A DNA stretch of 38,001 nt from a virus (lineage: Duplodnaviria > Caudoviricetes). The stretch is taken from positions 1 to 38,001 of the IMG/VR virus record IMGVR_UViG_3300021365_000044; one strand, written 5' to 3'. Positions 1 through 9,557 of this stretch are shown here, one piece after another. The notes below the pieces were generated by a model, which was given only the letters and a program-made list of their open reading frames with translations, did no database searches and had not been told where the DNA came from. The position numbers and the translations under genes were made by a program. Numbering within the stretch: position 1 is the first letter of the stretch; each line of letters starts with the position of its first letter.

Positions 1-134
1 TAGCACTTCTTTCTCAATCGTTATCACAGGCCAACCTGGTAGCCGCTCCCGTGGAGAGTGGAGACATTGGCAGTGCAAAGATGGTGAGCGAGTTTTTAAA
101 GTGGCGGATGAACTCAATGACGGAACTTCCACGG
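1..134 (+). repeat. Terminal overlap, copy 1
   Basis: Identical to 37868-38001 except position 8 (T here, C at 37875). Confidence 0.97.
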
Positions 135-1832
135 GAAGCCGCTATCGGAGCAAACTATTTATTACAGAACGGAATTACATTTTTCGGAACATATTGGAAA
201 AGGGAAACCACTCGAGTGTTTAAGGATATCAGCCTTGAAGAGATTGCCCAAATGAGTCCCGAACTGGCTATGGCGATCCAAGATCCCGAGATGAAGGAGG
301 GAGTCGAAGAGATGCTATTCCCCTTATTCCCTAATCTAAAAAAGCGAAGAGTTCGGAAGATGATTAATGAACTTCGCAGTAAAGGAGTATCGAAAGTTCC
401 GACTGAGAAAGCGGTAGTAAACAGACCGGCAATTAAGGCGTATGAATTAGGCAGAGAAATAATCATCGACTCCAATGTAATTGATTTGGAATCTGCCAGG
501 AGCATTCACTGCATCCATTATTACAGCCCCGAAGCATTAATGCAAAAGGTCAGTGAGGGATGGGATAAAAAGTGGATCGAAGAAGTCCTCGAAAACTCGA
601 AAGGCTTTTATGCGGATGAAAGTTATTCGACTGACTTAATGTCTTACGATTCCGGCAACTTTTACGGGACGCAGAATTACGAGGGCATGGTTCGGATAAT
701 TACAACTTATCGTAAGGAATTGGACGAAGACGATGTGCCGATTTGCACGATTACTTGCTGGGCGGACGAAGCAGAAGGGCATGGGTTTCATAGTCCGATG
801 GCATATGATGAGGGCAGATATCCATTCGTTTGTATCACAAGAGAAAGCCTTAACCACCGACTACTCGATTCCCGAGGTTATCCCGAACTTTTAAAGTCTT
901 ATCAGATTGCGGCCAAGACCGAAATGGACTCACGGCGCGACCGCTCCTCGATGAGCACAATGCCAGCCGCAGAATATGTCGTTGGTCGCAAGCCCGAACG
1001 GATCGGACCAGGTGCGCAGATTCCAGTCCGCCGCCGTGGGGAGTTTGGCTTCGTTGAAATCCCCCGCTATTCGCCGGCATCGATGGAAGTGGAGATGCAA
1101 ATCCGCCAACTTGCAAACAAGATAACCGGTCGGGCAACATCCCCCGAGGACGCAGTTGAAGCAAACAGCATTAGACAGCACCTCGTCAATCAGTGGCTCA
1201 ATGGATTCAAACAGATTTTAAATCGAGTATGGTGCTTAGATCGCACTTATGGCGGTCCACAGATATGGTTTCGGGTTACCAATAATGAGCAAGGCGCTCA
1301 ACTCATGCTTGATGAGACTGCGGAGGTTTATGATTTTAATATTACATGGAACAGCATGAACCAAGATGAGGAAAAGGTTCTTCAGAAGCTCGATACAGTT
1401 GGTAAATTAATGTCTCAGTACGACCGGCAAGGGGTTGGGCGATATGATGTATATCTCCGCAAGGTAATTGAAGCAATCGATCCAAATCTTGCCGGCCAAT
1501 TGATCGCCCCAGCGGAAGAGGCAACCGACAAAGAGATTCAAGAAACTTCCGCAGACATTGCCAAGATTGCATCGGGACAAGTAGTCAATGTACCGCAACA
1601 GGGGGTAAATTCTCAACTTCGTTTACAGAAACTCCAAGAGTTCCTTGAAGGTACTCCCGAAATACCGGCACAGGATGTTCAGCAAAGAATGCAAGAGGAC
1701 GAGAACTTCGCCAAGAGGCTTCAGACATATGCTGGACAGCTCGAAATGATGCAAGCCCAACAAAGGAACGCAATAATTGGCCAGCTGGGGACTGCCCCCG
1801 GCAATGTACCAGGTACATCGATGGCCGCTTAA
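1..1832 (+). CDS. Portal (head-tail connector) protein, C-terminal part
   Basis: Position after TerL and before scaffold/capsid; size about 690 aa; YPFV..RE and SRGYPELL motifs; Q-rich helical C-terminus typical of P22-like portals. Confidence 0.85.
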   Translation, partial: ALLSQSLSQANLVAAPVESGDIGSAKMVSEFLKWRMNSMTELPREAAIGANYLLQNGITFFGTYWKRETTRVFKDISLEEIAQMSPELAMAIQDPEMKEGVEEMLFPLFPNLKKRRVRKMINELRSKGVSKVPTEKAVVNRPAIKAYELGREIIIDSNVIDLESARSIHCIHYYSPEALMQKVSEGWDKKWIEEVLENSKGFYADESYSTDLMSYDSGNFYGTQNYEGMVRIITTYRKELDEDDVPICTITCWADEAEGHGFHSPMAYDEGRYPFVCITRESLNHRLLDSRGYPELLKSYQIAAKTEMDSRRDRSSMSTMPAAEYVVGRKPERIGPGAQIPVRRRGEFGFVEIPRYSPASMEVEMQIRQLANKITGRATSPEDAVEANSIRQHLVNQWLNGFKQILNRVWCLDRTYGGPQIWFRVTNNEQGAQLMLDETAEVYDFNITWNSMNQDEEKVLQKLDTVGKLMSQYDRQGVGRYDVYLRKVIEAIDPNLAGQLIAPAEEATDKEIQETSADIAKIASGQVVNVPQQGVNSQLRLQKLQEFLEGTPEIPAQDVQQRMQEDENFAKRLQTYAGQLEMMQAQQRNAIIGQLGTAPGNVPGTSMAA

Positions 1833-1843
1833 CTAAAATTACC

Positions 1844-1987
1844 ATGAGCTTATATAGAAATATCGCAAAGAAGAAGGCACGAATTGCCGCCGGATCGAAG
1901 GAACGAATGAGAAAGCCCGGAGCAAAAGGCGCACCATCTGCAAGTGCGTTTAAAAAGGCGGCAAAAACTGCAAAAAAACGCAAATGA
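1844..1987 (+). CDS. 47-aa very basic small protein (MSLYRNIAKKKARIAAGSKERMRKPGAKGAPSASAFKKAAKTAKKRK)
   Basis: Translated by hand, absent from the ORF track; stop overlaps the next ATG (ATGA); resembles a small K/R-rich family I recall from aquatic phages. Confidence 0.8.
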   Translation: MSLYRNIAKKKARIAAGSKERMRKPGAKGAPSASAFKKAAKTAKKRK

Positions 1988-2208
1988 CTTTAGCAGACGC
2001 AATCAATGGCCTCGGCGAACAGACCGAGTGGCTAACAGTAAAATCATTTATCCTCGAACAGAGGGATATGTGCTTAGTCGATTTTCAGGACTATACCCAT
2101 GTCGATAATCCGCAGAAACTTGCCCGTCTTAGTGGAGAGATTGCTGGACTTACACGAATAATTGAAAGCTTAGAAAATGCCGAAACTGACACCCCATCAG
2201 CAATTTAA
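1984..2208 (+). CDS. Hypothetical protein, head module
   Basis: 74-aa ORF translationally coupled to its neighbours. Confidence 0.7.
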   Translation: MTLADAINGLGEQTEWLTVKSFILEQRDMCLVDFQDYTHVDNPQKLARLSGEIAGLTRIIESLENAETDTPSAI

Positions 2209-2371
2209 AAACGAACATCGAGCCTTGCTAAATCGCTGGCTAGAAGAGAGTGATATCGATGACCATGAGATGGCACAAATCGCCCTGACCGATGTTGAAG
2301 AATGGATGGACGAGGAAGTTGTTGATTTTGAGTGCGACATGAGCCTCGATGACGAAGAACACGAAGCGTAA
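2177..2371 (+). CDS. Small acidic hypothetical protein
   Basis: 64-aa D/E-rich ORF overlapping both neighbours. Confidence 0.6.
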   Translation: MPKLTPHQQFKNEHRALLNRWLEESDIDDHEMAQIALTDVEEWMDEEVVDFECDMSLDDEEHEA

Positions 2372-2780
2372 AGGCTACATTTACGAGCAGACTTTCTTCA
2401 CTGAAGCGTTAAAGAATGGGTTGGAAGTTTTCATCCCACTGGGTGACCATTTACCAGTTGACTGTATCCTCGTAAATTCGGCGGGCAAAAATTTTAATGT
2501 CCAAATTAAGGGGTCTGAAAAGTCAAGCAAAGGGGAAAGAAAAAACGGGTGCAAACGGTATCGATTTTCCACGACTACTGGGCGGGTAGTAAAGCAACCA
2601 CTAGACTGCACAAAAGTTGATATAGTGGCAATATTTTGTGCGGACATAAACACCTGGTACTTAATCCCATGTATGGCTCTAGACGGAGCATTAACAGTTG
2701 CGGTTTACCCGGACAACCCCGAGTCCAAAGCAAAACACGAAAAATATCGGGAAGCGTGGGACTTATTCAAAACTCCCTGA
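2349..2780 (+). CDS. Free-standing PD-(D/E)XK endonuclease (I-Ssp6803I / PDDEXK_5-like)
   Basis: KG..YE...PVDCILV...VQIKG core followed by VDIVAIF..WYLIP. Confidence 0.8.
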   Translation: MTKNTKRKGYIYEQTFFTEALKNGLEVFIPLGDHLPVDCILVNSAGKNFNVQIKGSEKSSKGERKNGCKRYRFSTTTGRVVKQPLDCTKVDIVAIFCADINTWYLIPCMALDGALTVAVYPDNPESKAKHEKYREAWDLFKTP

Positions 2781-2872
2781 AAATTATTCCCGACCCCCTG
2801 TCATAATGGGATGTGGCGAACCATATCGGTCCGCAGAAAAACACAAAGAGTGCGAACTTTAAACGCAGAATT

Positions 2873-3889
2873 ATGGCAGATACAGTTACAACCGAGGCAC
2901 CGGGTTCAACAGGAGCAGAATCACAAACGCAAAGCATTACGACCCTTGAGGAGTTGACGGCATCGTTCGTTGACAAAGTTGAGGAGAGTGAAGCGAAAGA
3001 GGAATCTGAAGTGGAAGCTGGTCCCGAGACCACAACCGCAGACGCAGAGACCGACCAGGATACAGATGTTCTTTTACAGTCTACCGAATCTGAGGAATCA
3101 GAAGAGGAAACGGAAGAGATAGCAGAAGAGGAGGAGTCAGAATCGGAAGAAGCTGAACCGCCCAAAGCTGTTGGCAAGCTACTCCGCCAGATCAATAAAT
3201 TGACTGCGCGCGCAAAGGGAAGCGAAGAAACAGTCGAAGCATTACAAGCCCAAATCGAGTCACTAAAGACAAGCCCTCAGAAGCAATCGCAATCTAGTCA
3301 GCCAGCTTTGGAAGAAGTCCAAGACTTTCAGTCATTGGAAACCTTACGAAAGGAAGCAGTAGCCGCTAAGAAGTGGGCATTGCAAAATATTGGCCGTGAT
3401 TATGTAGAATCCGGTGGGAAAGAATACAGCGATGACGATATCCGCAATATTCTAACTCAAGCCGAGGACTACTTATCGGAGAAAATCCCCGAACGGGCGC
3501 AATATCTCCAATCATCGGCTCAGTGGCAACAGGATACGATTAATACTCACCCGTGGATTTCAGAAACAGTCGATACCGACCAAGCCGAAGAGCGGAGATC
3601 CGTTTTAGGTCAGATCAAAAGTCAGTATGCAGACATTCTAAAATCCCTACCTAATGGTGATTTTGTAGCGGCAACACTCGTTCGAGGAGTTGAAGCAATC
3701 AAAGCGGACCAGGCGGCCAAGTCGGCCAAACCGAAAGCCAAGAAAGTAGCCAAAGCACCTCCTTCATCGATGGGCGATTCAAGTCCACCGGTACAAACCT
3801 CGGCCACTCGAAAGACTGCAAATAAACAAAAGATTTTGGAGCGTAAAAATCTCTCGGAAAACGATCTTGCCGCACTCTTTGCGGAATAA
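2873..3889 (+). CDS. Capsid scaffolding protein
   Basis: Very acidic N-terminus, coiled coil and basic C-terminus, directly upstream of the capsid gene; start moved to MADTV (aattATG context). Confidence 0.8.
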   Translation: MADTVTTEAPGSTGAESQTQSITTLEELTASFVDKVEESEAKEESEVEAGPETTTADAETDQDTDVLLQSTESEESEEETEEIAEEEESESEEAEPPKAVGKLLRQINKLTARAKGSEETVEALQAQIESLKTSPQKQSQSSQPALEEVQDFQSLETLRKEAVAAKKWALQNIGRDYVESGGKEYSDDDIRNILTQAEDYLSEKIPERAQYLQSSAQWQQDTINTHPWISETVDTDQAEERRSVLGQIKSQYADILKSLPNGDFVAATLVRGVEAIKADQAAKSAKPKAKKVAKAPPSSMGDSSPPVQTSATRKTANKQKILERKNLSENDLAALFAE

Positions 3890-3924
3890 AATTTATAAAA
3901 ATCTTAAAATAAGGAATTAAAAAA

Positions 3925-5145
3925 ATGGCTTTAGCAACTAGTTACAATGTAACATCAACCCAAGGGGCGCGTGAAAATTTAGAAAATTTATTGCGCTCTG
4001 TTTCACCAAAAGAGTGCCCTTTATTCGCAACTCTTCCCCAATCAGCCGCTCCCAAAGCGACATTAAACGAATGGCTCGTAGACTCACTTTCCGATCCCTC
4101 CCTCGCCGGACAAATCGATGGCGTAGATTATGGATTGAGCGATATGAACGATCTCGTAGCTTCAAGGGCTAGACTTGGTAATAGGGTTCAGACATTACAG
4201 GACCGATTCTCCATCTCAAAACAAGCTGAAATGATTGATGTAGCTCCTGGCGGGTCTTTATATGCCCAGTCAAAAGCGAAATCTCTTTTACAACTTCGCC
4301 GCTCTATTGAAAGTGCAATCGCTGGTGGAAATGACCAGGTAGCTGGTTCTTCTACAGTCGGAAGTACCCTCGCGGGAATCGGTGTATGGAGTGATCCAGC
4401 TTTTACAGGCAACACATTCGATACAACTTTAAAGCAAAGCTTCCGTGCGGTAAGTGGTTCAAGAATTACCTTAAATGGTATGACTGAATCTTCATTCCGT
4501 GGAATGCTGCAGGCAGTTTACGAAGCAAGTGGAAGTAAGGGAAGTTTCAAACTTTTTGCATCGACAGGAGTTATGAATGCGGTCACAGATTTCACGAGAT
4601 CCACAACTGCAAATGGTAACTTCAACTTCGATCAAGATGTATCCGATGGAAGCGTCCGTTTGAGTGTGGTAGACTATATTTCAGATTATGGTCAAATTTC
4701 GATAATCCCGGATTTATTTTTAGGTAAACAGACCTCCAAAGCAATCACCGGTGCAACGAATGCGAATCCAATCGTAATCACATCGAATGGTCACGGACTT
4801 ACCAGTGGTGATTCTGTAGTGATCAGCGGAGTTCTTGGGAACACAGCGGCAAACGGTACAAAGACTGTTACTGTTGTAAACGCTAACACATTCTCAATTG
4901 GTACAGCCGGAAACGGTGCGTACACAAGCGGAGGTGTTTTCGTAGATGCTCCAAATACTGACGAAGGAACAGTAAACACAGATCGTGCCTACTTAATTCC
5001 ATCTGACGATACTCTCAGTCTTAAATTCTTGGAAGGTATAACTGTTCAGGATTTACCTGACAGCGGTGCTGGAAAAAGATCCATCACTGAGGCGATGTTG
5101 ACTTTGCGTTGCGCAAATCCACGAGCACTTGGTTCAATAGTTTAA
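3925..5145 (+). CDS. Major capsid protein (HK97 fold, DUF5309-like) with an inserted beta-rich domain
   Basis: GARENL..L...SP.E.P, EWLVDSL, R.GN..Q and YISDYG motifs; follows scaffold, precedes a strong terminator. Confidence 0.88.
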   Translation: MALATSYNVTSTQGARENLENLLRSVSPKECPLFATLPQSAAPKATLNEWLVDSLSDPSLAGQIDGVDYGLSDMNDLVASRARLGNRVQTLQDRFSISKQAEMIDVAPGGSLYAQSKAKSLLQLRRSIESAIAGGNDQVAGSSTVGSTLAGIGVWSDPAFTGNTFDTTLKQSFRAVSGSRITLNGMTESSFRGMLQAVYEASGSKGSFKLFASTGVMNAVTDFTRSTTANGNFNFDQDVSDGSVRLSVVDYISDYGQISIIPDLFLGKQTSKAITGATNANPIVITSNGHGLTSGDSVVISGVLGNTAANGTKTVTVVNANTFSIGTAGNGAYTSGGVFVDAPNTDEGTVNTDRAYLIPSDDTLSLKFLEGITVQDLPDSGAGKRSITEAMLTLRCANPRALGSIV

Positions 5146-5167
5146 GTTGGTTTAGTAGTGTTATTTT

Positions 5168-5204
5168 GGGAGGCCGGTTGGGTAGTGGCCGGCCTCCCTT
5201 TTTT
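5168..5204 (+). terminator. Rho-independent terminator after the capsid gene
   Basis: GGGAGGCCGG / CCGGCCTCCC perfect 10-bp stem followed by TTTTTT. Confidence 0.9.
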
Positions 5205-5213
5205 CTTTAAAAT

Positions 5214-5519
5214 ATGAGTCTCAATATAATAGTAAAAGGCGGTAAACGGAGTGGAATGTCAGGCGATGAAATGGCAAGATACTTATCGAAAAAGGTGGAA
5301 GTGGAAGCCAGGCGAGAAAAAGCTGGATATAAGCAAAGAGCATTAGCCGCTCGCAAATACGGAAAGTCTGTTGGCGGAGGGAAGAACTTCCGAGCAGTCC
5401 GATCCGTAGATGTCACTACTTATTTGCGACATGAGATTGAACGGCCCGGCTGTATGTCCGATCCCGAGTATTCGAGGGACTTCGCTAAGAAAAATCCTGA
5501 AACGGTAATCGGAAGCTAG
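5214..5519 (+). CDS. Hypothetical basic protein
   Basis: 101-aa ORF abutting the adaptor gene. Confidence 0.65.
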   Translation: MSLNIIVKGGKRSGMSGDEMARYLSKKVEVEARREKAGYKQRALAARKYGKSVGGGKNFRAVRSVDVTTYLRHEIERPGCMSDPEYSRDFAKKNPETVIGS

Positions 5520-6167
5520 ATGCGGACCGTAACTTACACCGAACTTAAAAATCGATTCACCTCGGCAATCGGGGTGGATACTTTATTATCGGTTGAGGAA
5601 ACAGCATTCAAAAACTCGCTAAACGACCGAGTAAAAGGAGCATGGACCCGCGCACAATGGCCCGAGCTGATGTCAGTAGTCGAAAAGACTGTTGCCGCCG
5701 TTACCTCGCCAATCGTTGCAGATAAGGCGGTTCAGATAGATAACGATGCAAATCTGATGGATGTGTTTTCGGTCTTCGATAAGAATCCATTATCTGAGAG
5801 AACCGCATTCAAGTTGGATTACAATTTAATCAATGGGTACTTAGTATTACCCGCCAATTCTTCACAGGATTCAGTCTTTGTGATGGGTAACCAGGTAACT
5901 CCTTCGAGTTATGGAGACGCATCAGTAGACGGATCGGAAACCACAACTCTGCCAAGATTCTTGGAACGGTACTTACTATTAGCGACAATCGCAGACTGGT
6001 ACAAATCAGACGGCCAGCTTGAAAAAGCGATCCAGCAAGAACAAATGGCGGAAGAAACCTTGGCACTCGAAATCGACCGAGTCGAACGCCTTGAAGGAAT
6101 GAATAAAATATCGGTCAACACATATCCGAGCTACAGCTTCGGAGTTAACATTTTAACAACAGTATAA
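5520..6167 (+). CDS. Probable head-tail adaptor (tail tubular protein A-like)
   Basis: 215 aa, position after capsid, helical termini, W..A.WP and LP.FL..YL patterns. Confidence 0.65.
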   Translation: MRTVTYTELKNRFTSAIGVDTLLSVEETAFKNSLNDRVKGAWTRAQWPELMSVVEKTVAAVTSPIVADKAVQIDNDANLMDVFSVFDKNPLSERTAFKLDYNLINGYLVLPANSSQDSVFVMGNQVTPSSYGDASVDGSETTTLPRFLERYLLLATIADWYKSDGQLEKAIQQEQMAEETLALEIDRVERLEGMNKISVNTYPSYSFGVNILTTV

Positions 6168-6171
6168 TATT

Positions 6172-6441
6172 ATGGGAATCAGCAGTATAAATGTTTTAAA
6201 CAGTATGGGAGCCAATGGTTCTGCATATGTAAATGACACAGCCGCCCACACAAACGGCACAGCGGGATGGACAGCGATCCAATTTACCGAGGACTCGGTC
6301 TTGGCCGCTTTAGTCGGCAAAATGGATGACTCAGCAGACTTAATCTCCGATGCAATCACCTTCGCCGCCGGGCAAGTTCTGTATGTACCGGCGAGTGAAG
6401 TCCGCTTGGCTTCGGGAGCTTGCATTCTCTATAAAGGATAA
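6172..6441 (+). CDS. Small virion protein
   Basis: 89-aa beta-rich ORF ending LASGACILYKG, in the tail cluster. Confidence 0.6.
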   Translation: MGISSINVLNSMGANGSAYVNDTAAHTNGTAGWTAIQFTEDSVLAALVGKMDDSADLISDAITFAAGQVLYVPASEVRLASGACILYKG

Positions 6442-6444
6442 TCG

Positions 6445-6588
6445 ATGCCAGATCTCGCACTAGGCTTAATGATCGGGGAGGGCGATGCAGATTCGCACAT
6501 CCCACCTATTGGAGTCGATGGTGCATTACAGGCAGAAAGCGGACCCTATTTAAACACTGAGGATGGAAACATTTTAGCATTCGATTAA
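6445..6588 (+). CDS. 47-aa tail-associated protein (MPDLALGLMIG...LQAESGPYLNTEDGNILAFD)
   Basis: Translated by hand; fills the gap exactly; L.xE.G repeats like those in fibre-attachment peptides. Confidence 0.65.
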   Translation: MPDLALGLMIGEGDADSHIPPIGVDGALQAESGPYLNTEDGNILAFD

Positions 6589-6601
6589 AGGAAAATAAAA
6601 A

Positions 6602-7396
6602 ATGGCAAATAAAAAATTAAGCTCATTAGATGCACTCGGGGCAACCCCAGCCGTTAGCGATATTTTGGCAATCACGGATGTCTCGGATACCACCGGCTCT
6701 GCACAGGGTACTACTAAAAAAGTAACAGTTGCCAACTTGGTAGCGGCCGCCCCACAAGGTGATTTACTAGCAAGCAATAATTTATCTGATGTTGCGAATG
6801 CCGGAACGAGTCGGACAAATCTTGGACTTGGTACTGCGGCAGTCGCAAACACAGGGACATCAAGTGGGAATGTAGTTGTACTTGATGGAGTTGGATTGCC
6901 AGCGATTAACGGATCGCAATTAACGAACTTACCAGCTGGAGCAGTAGACGGTACAGCAGTCACTTCAACAGGCGAGACAGGAGCTACTAAATTCCTTCGT
7001 GAAGATGGAGATGGTACTTGTTCGTTTCAAGATGTTGTAGTGGGAGATGCAGAACTAAGAGGAACAGCTAATCCACACATCGGAGCATTTCCTAATCAAT
7101 CCTTCTTGGTAGTAGATAATCCGAGTAACTCAGTAATGCTTGTTGCTGACGATGCTGGTAATTTAAAGCTACTCAACTCACTTGGTGTAAACAATATAGC
7201 AGTGGGTTTCTCCGTAGTCGAGGATGGCACAGAGCCTGATATTGAAGTGGTAAGTGGAAGTGAAACTTATTCCGTTATCACAGGAGACTCAGATACTTTA
7301 GGAGCTAACGGATTACCTATTAGACAAGGCTTTAACGCTCCCGATATAGGAGCAAACCCAGCACCACTTTTAATATCAGGTGGAACAATTTCTTAA
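6602..7396 (+). CDS. Tail fibre protein
   Basis: MANKKLSSL...TTKKVTVANL N-terminal anchor and NNLSDVANAGTSRTNLGLGTAA fibre repeat. Confidence 0.8.
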   Translation: MANKKLSSLDALGATPAVSDILAITDVSDTTGSAQGTTKKVTVANLVAAAPQGDLLASNNLSDVANAGTSRTNLGLGTAAVANTGTSSGNVVVLDGVGLPAINGSQLTNLPAGAVDGTAVTSTGETGATKFLREDGDGTCSFQDVVVGDAELRGTANPHIGAFPNQSFLVVDNPSNSVMLVADDAGNLKLLNSLGVNNIAVGFSVVEDGTEPDIEVVSGSETYSVITGDSDTLGANGLPIRQGFNAPDIGANPAPLLISGGTIS

Positions 7397-7415
7397 AACT
7401 TAACAAACAAAAATT

Positions 7416-8198
7416 ATGGCAACAGTATATATCGCACCAACCGCACAGGGTTCCGCAGACGGGACAAGTGCCGCAAACGCTTACGCTTACACATCACTCG
7501 ATACTGCCGAGTCTGACGCAGGAAATGGGGGTACAATTCTTTTTCTGGATGGAACCTACGAAATACCAAACACAACATGGGATCCACTTGTTACAAACTT
7601 TACCTACAAAAGTTTAAATAAGCACGGAGCCATAATTACAAGTACTGCATCACGCACTTTGAGACTTGGAGCAAACGATGGTTCTAAGACTGTAAATTTC
7701 CAAGATTTTAAGATTACTGGAGCAGTAGGCTTAATGTCTCAATCTAATGTGAATATGAGTGGGGTTGAGCAAATCGATAGCATATCTCATGCCCCTCAAT
7801 ATGCCTCTTTTTATAAATTTGATGGTCAATGGACTATTACTGATTCGGTAATTGTAAAAGATTTTTCGGGTAATGGCAGTATTGGATTCAATACTGGATC
7901 AACTCTGACTCGTTGTAGTTTTCTAATCAAATGTGCATCAGTTGGGTCTACAGGAATCCAAGGAGGTAGACCTATTTTGAATAATTCGATCATTATGTCT
8001 GATAATTCTTCAGCCATTAATGATAATGTCATAAACCCATCGACCTGTAGTCATTCTTGTTTTTTCCAAATGCACTCTAATGACAGTAGCGGAGGAACAA
8101 ACAATGTATTCGCAGACCCACTATTCGTAGACCTCGCTAACGGTGACTTCCGCCTTCGCCCATCCTCACCTTGCATCAACGCTGGAACAGCTTCCTAA
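7416..8198 (+). CDS. Right-handed beta-helix (pectin-lyase-like) protein, possible spike/depolymerase
   Basis: VYIAP...DGTS..NA, I.FLDGTY and C-terminal DPLFVD...DFRLRPSSPCINAG signature. Confidence 0.75.
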   Translation: MATVYIAPTAQGSADGTSAANAYAYTSLDTAESDAGNGGTILFLDGTYEIPNTTWDPLVTNFTYKSLNKHGAIITSTASRTLRLGANDGSKTVNFQDFKITGAVGLMSQSNVNMSGVEQIDSISHAPQYASFYKFDGQWTITDSVIVKDFSGNGSIGFNTGSTLTRCSFLIKCASVGSTGIQGGRPILNNSIIMSDNSSAINDNVINPSTCSHSCFFQMHSNDSSGGTNNVFADPLFVDLANGDFRLRPSSPCINAGTAS

Positions 8199-8201
8199 GT
8201 C

Positions 8202-8408
8202 ATGGCACAGCAAAAGTTAGGACGGAAGGATTACTCCATCGCTGTTAAGACAGGGACGGATGCGAATAAGTCGAAGTTTAAAAAGGAGGCTACGCAAGGT
8301 GAATACTACTTTGCTACCGACACTAAAAAACTTTACCTAGCTGAGACTACTGCTGGTGCTTCCGATTCTACTTTAGCTGAATTTACTCCATCTGCTACTG
8401 GTCAATGA
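8202..8408 (+). CDS. 68-aa fibre-anchor-like protein, paralog of the N-terminus of the next gene
   Basis: KTGT...GEYYFATDTKKLY motif; 42/57 aa identical to the start of 8405..9313. Confidence 0.75.
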   Translation: MAQQKLGRKDYSIAVKTGTDANKSKFKKEATQGEYYFATDTKKLYLAETTAGASDSTLAEFTPSATGQ

Positions 8409-9313
8409 AGTTAGGTCGTAAAGATTACACCATCTCTGTTAAAACAGGGACTGATGCGAACAAAGCAAAGTTCAAAAAGGAATGTGTCCAAGGTGAAATA
8501 TATCACGCCACAGACACAGGATTCTTTTACATTGCTGAAGTAACGGCTGGTGCGAGCGATGCTACTTTGAGTAAATTTGGAACACCTGCATTCAACCAAT
8601 ACAGCGTAAGCTTTGATGGTACGGATGATTATTTAACAGCCAACGAATCTAACCTAGCAACATCAGGAGACTGTACAATTTCCTTATGGTTTAACAGTGC
8701 TTCATTACCTGGTAGTAGTGCGTATGATTATATGTTTAGTCTCACGGATGCACGTGCAACAGGCAAGGATCGAGCTATAGGAATAAGAGGGACAGGAAGT
8801 GATGCACAAATAGTCGCAAACACCTACGCTTCGGGTTGGAATCTGCCGTTCACTAACACATCAATTTCTGCAAGCACATGGTATCATGTCGCTGTTGTTT
8901 TTACTTCGGGATCAGCTCAGGTATATTTTAATGGAGTAGATAAAGGTTCAAAGAGTGTAGCGACAAACACAATAGCCTACACCCAAACAGTTATTGGAAG
9001 TATGCTATATTCATCTGCAAACCAATTTAATGGTAAGATAGATGAAGTTAGTGTTTTTCACTCTGCATTATCCTCAACCAATATAACTTCAATTTACAAC
9101 AGTGGAGTACCAGCAGACATATCTTCATTAAGTCCTAAAGGTTGGTGGAGAAATGGCGATGGTACAGGTGATACTGACTCAGGTGGAGGTACTCCAGGTA
9201 ATACTGACACTATTGGCACAGTTGCAAATCAAGGGTCAGTTAATACAGGGTCAGGTGAAGGTAATATGACAGGAACTAACGGACCAACTTACTCAACAAC
9301 AGTACCATCTTAA
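8405..9313 (+). CDS. Concanavalin-A/LamG-like domain virion protein
   Basis: SFDGTDDY, TISLWF, WYHVAVV, VYFNG and FNGKIDEVSVF motifs. Confidence 0.85.
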   Translation: MKLGRKDYTISVKTGTDANKAKFKKECVQGEIYHATDTGFFYIAEVTAGASDATLSKFGTPAFNQYSVSFDGTDDYLTANESNLATSGDCTISLWFNSASLPGSSAYDYMFSLTDARATGKDRAIGIRGTGSDAQIVANTYASGWNLPFTNTSISASTWYHVAVVFTSGSAQVYFNGVDKGSKSVATNTIAYTQTVIGSMLYSSANQFNGKIDEVSVFHSALSSTNITSIYNSGVPADISSLSPKGWWRNGDGTGDTDSGGGTPGNTDTIGTVANQGSVNTGSGEGNMTGTNGPTYSTTVPS

Positions 9314-9317
9314 AATT

Positions 9318-9557
9318 ATGAGTAGAAAATATGTAATAATAAATGCGGACGAAGTAGACTCCGTTGATTTTAGCCAAGTGGATGAGACAAGTGCAGATAC
9401 AATCCGTTACTCAGTCGATGGCACGAAAACATTTGTTAAGTTTGACACTGACACAACACCTTCATTCTTGGATGGTAAAACACAATACTCCCATTCTGAA
9501 ATACTAACCGTATTAAGCGGAGACGAATGGACTCCTGACGAACCACCTGGCGAATGA
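9318..9557 (+). CDS. Small acidic protein accompanying the LamG gene
   Basis: 79-aa ORF (VDFSQVDETSADTIRYS.DGTKTFVK), coupled to the next gene. Confidence 0.7.
   Translation: MSRKYVIINADEVDSVDFSQVDETSADTIRYSVDGTKTFVKFDTDTTPSFLDGKTQYSHSEILTVLSGDEWTPDEPPGE

Noticed and set aside
51-1832. Portal starting at GTG 51
   Set aside because: The frame is open upstream and joins the ATG at 37627 through the overlap
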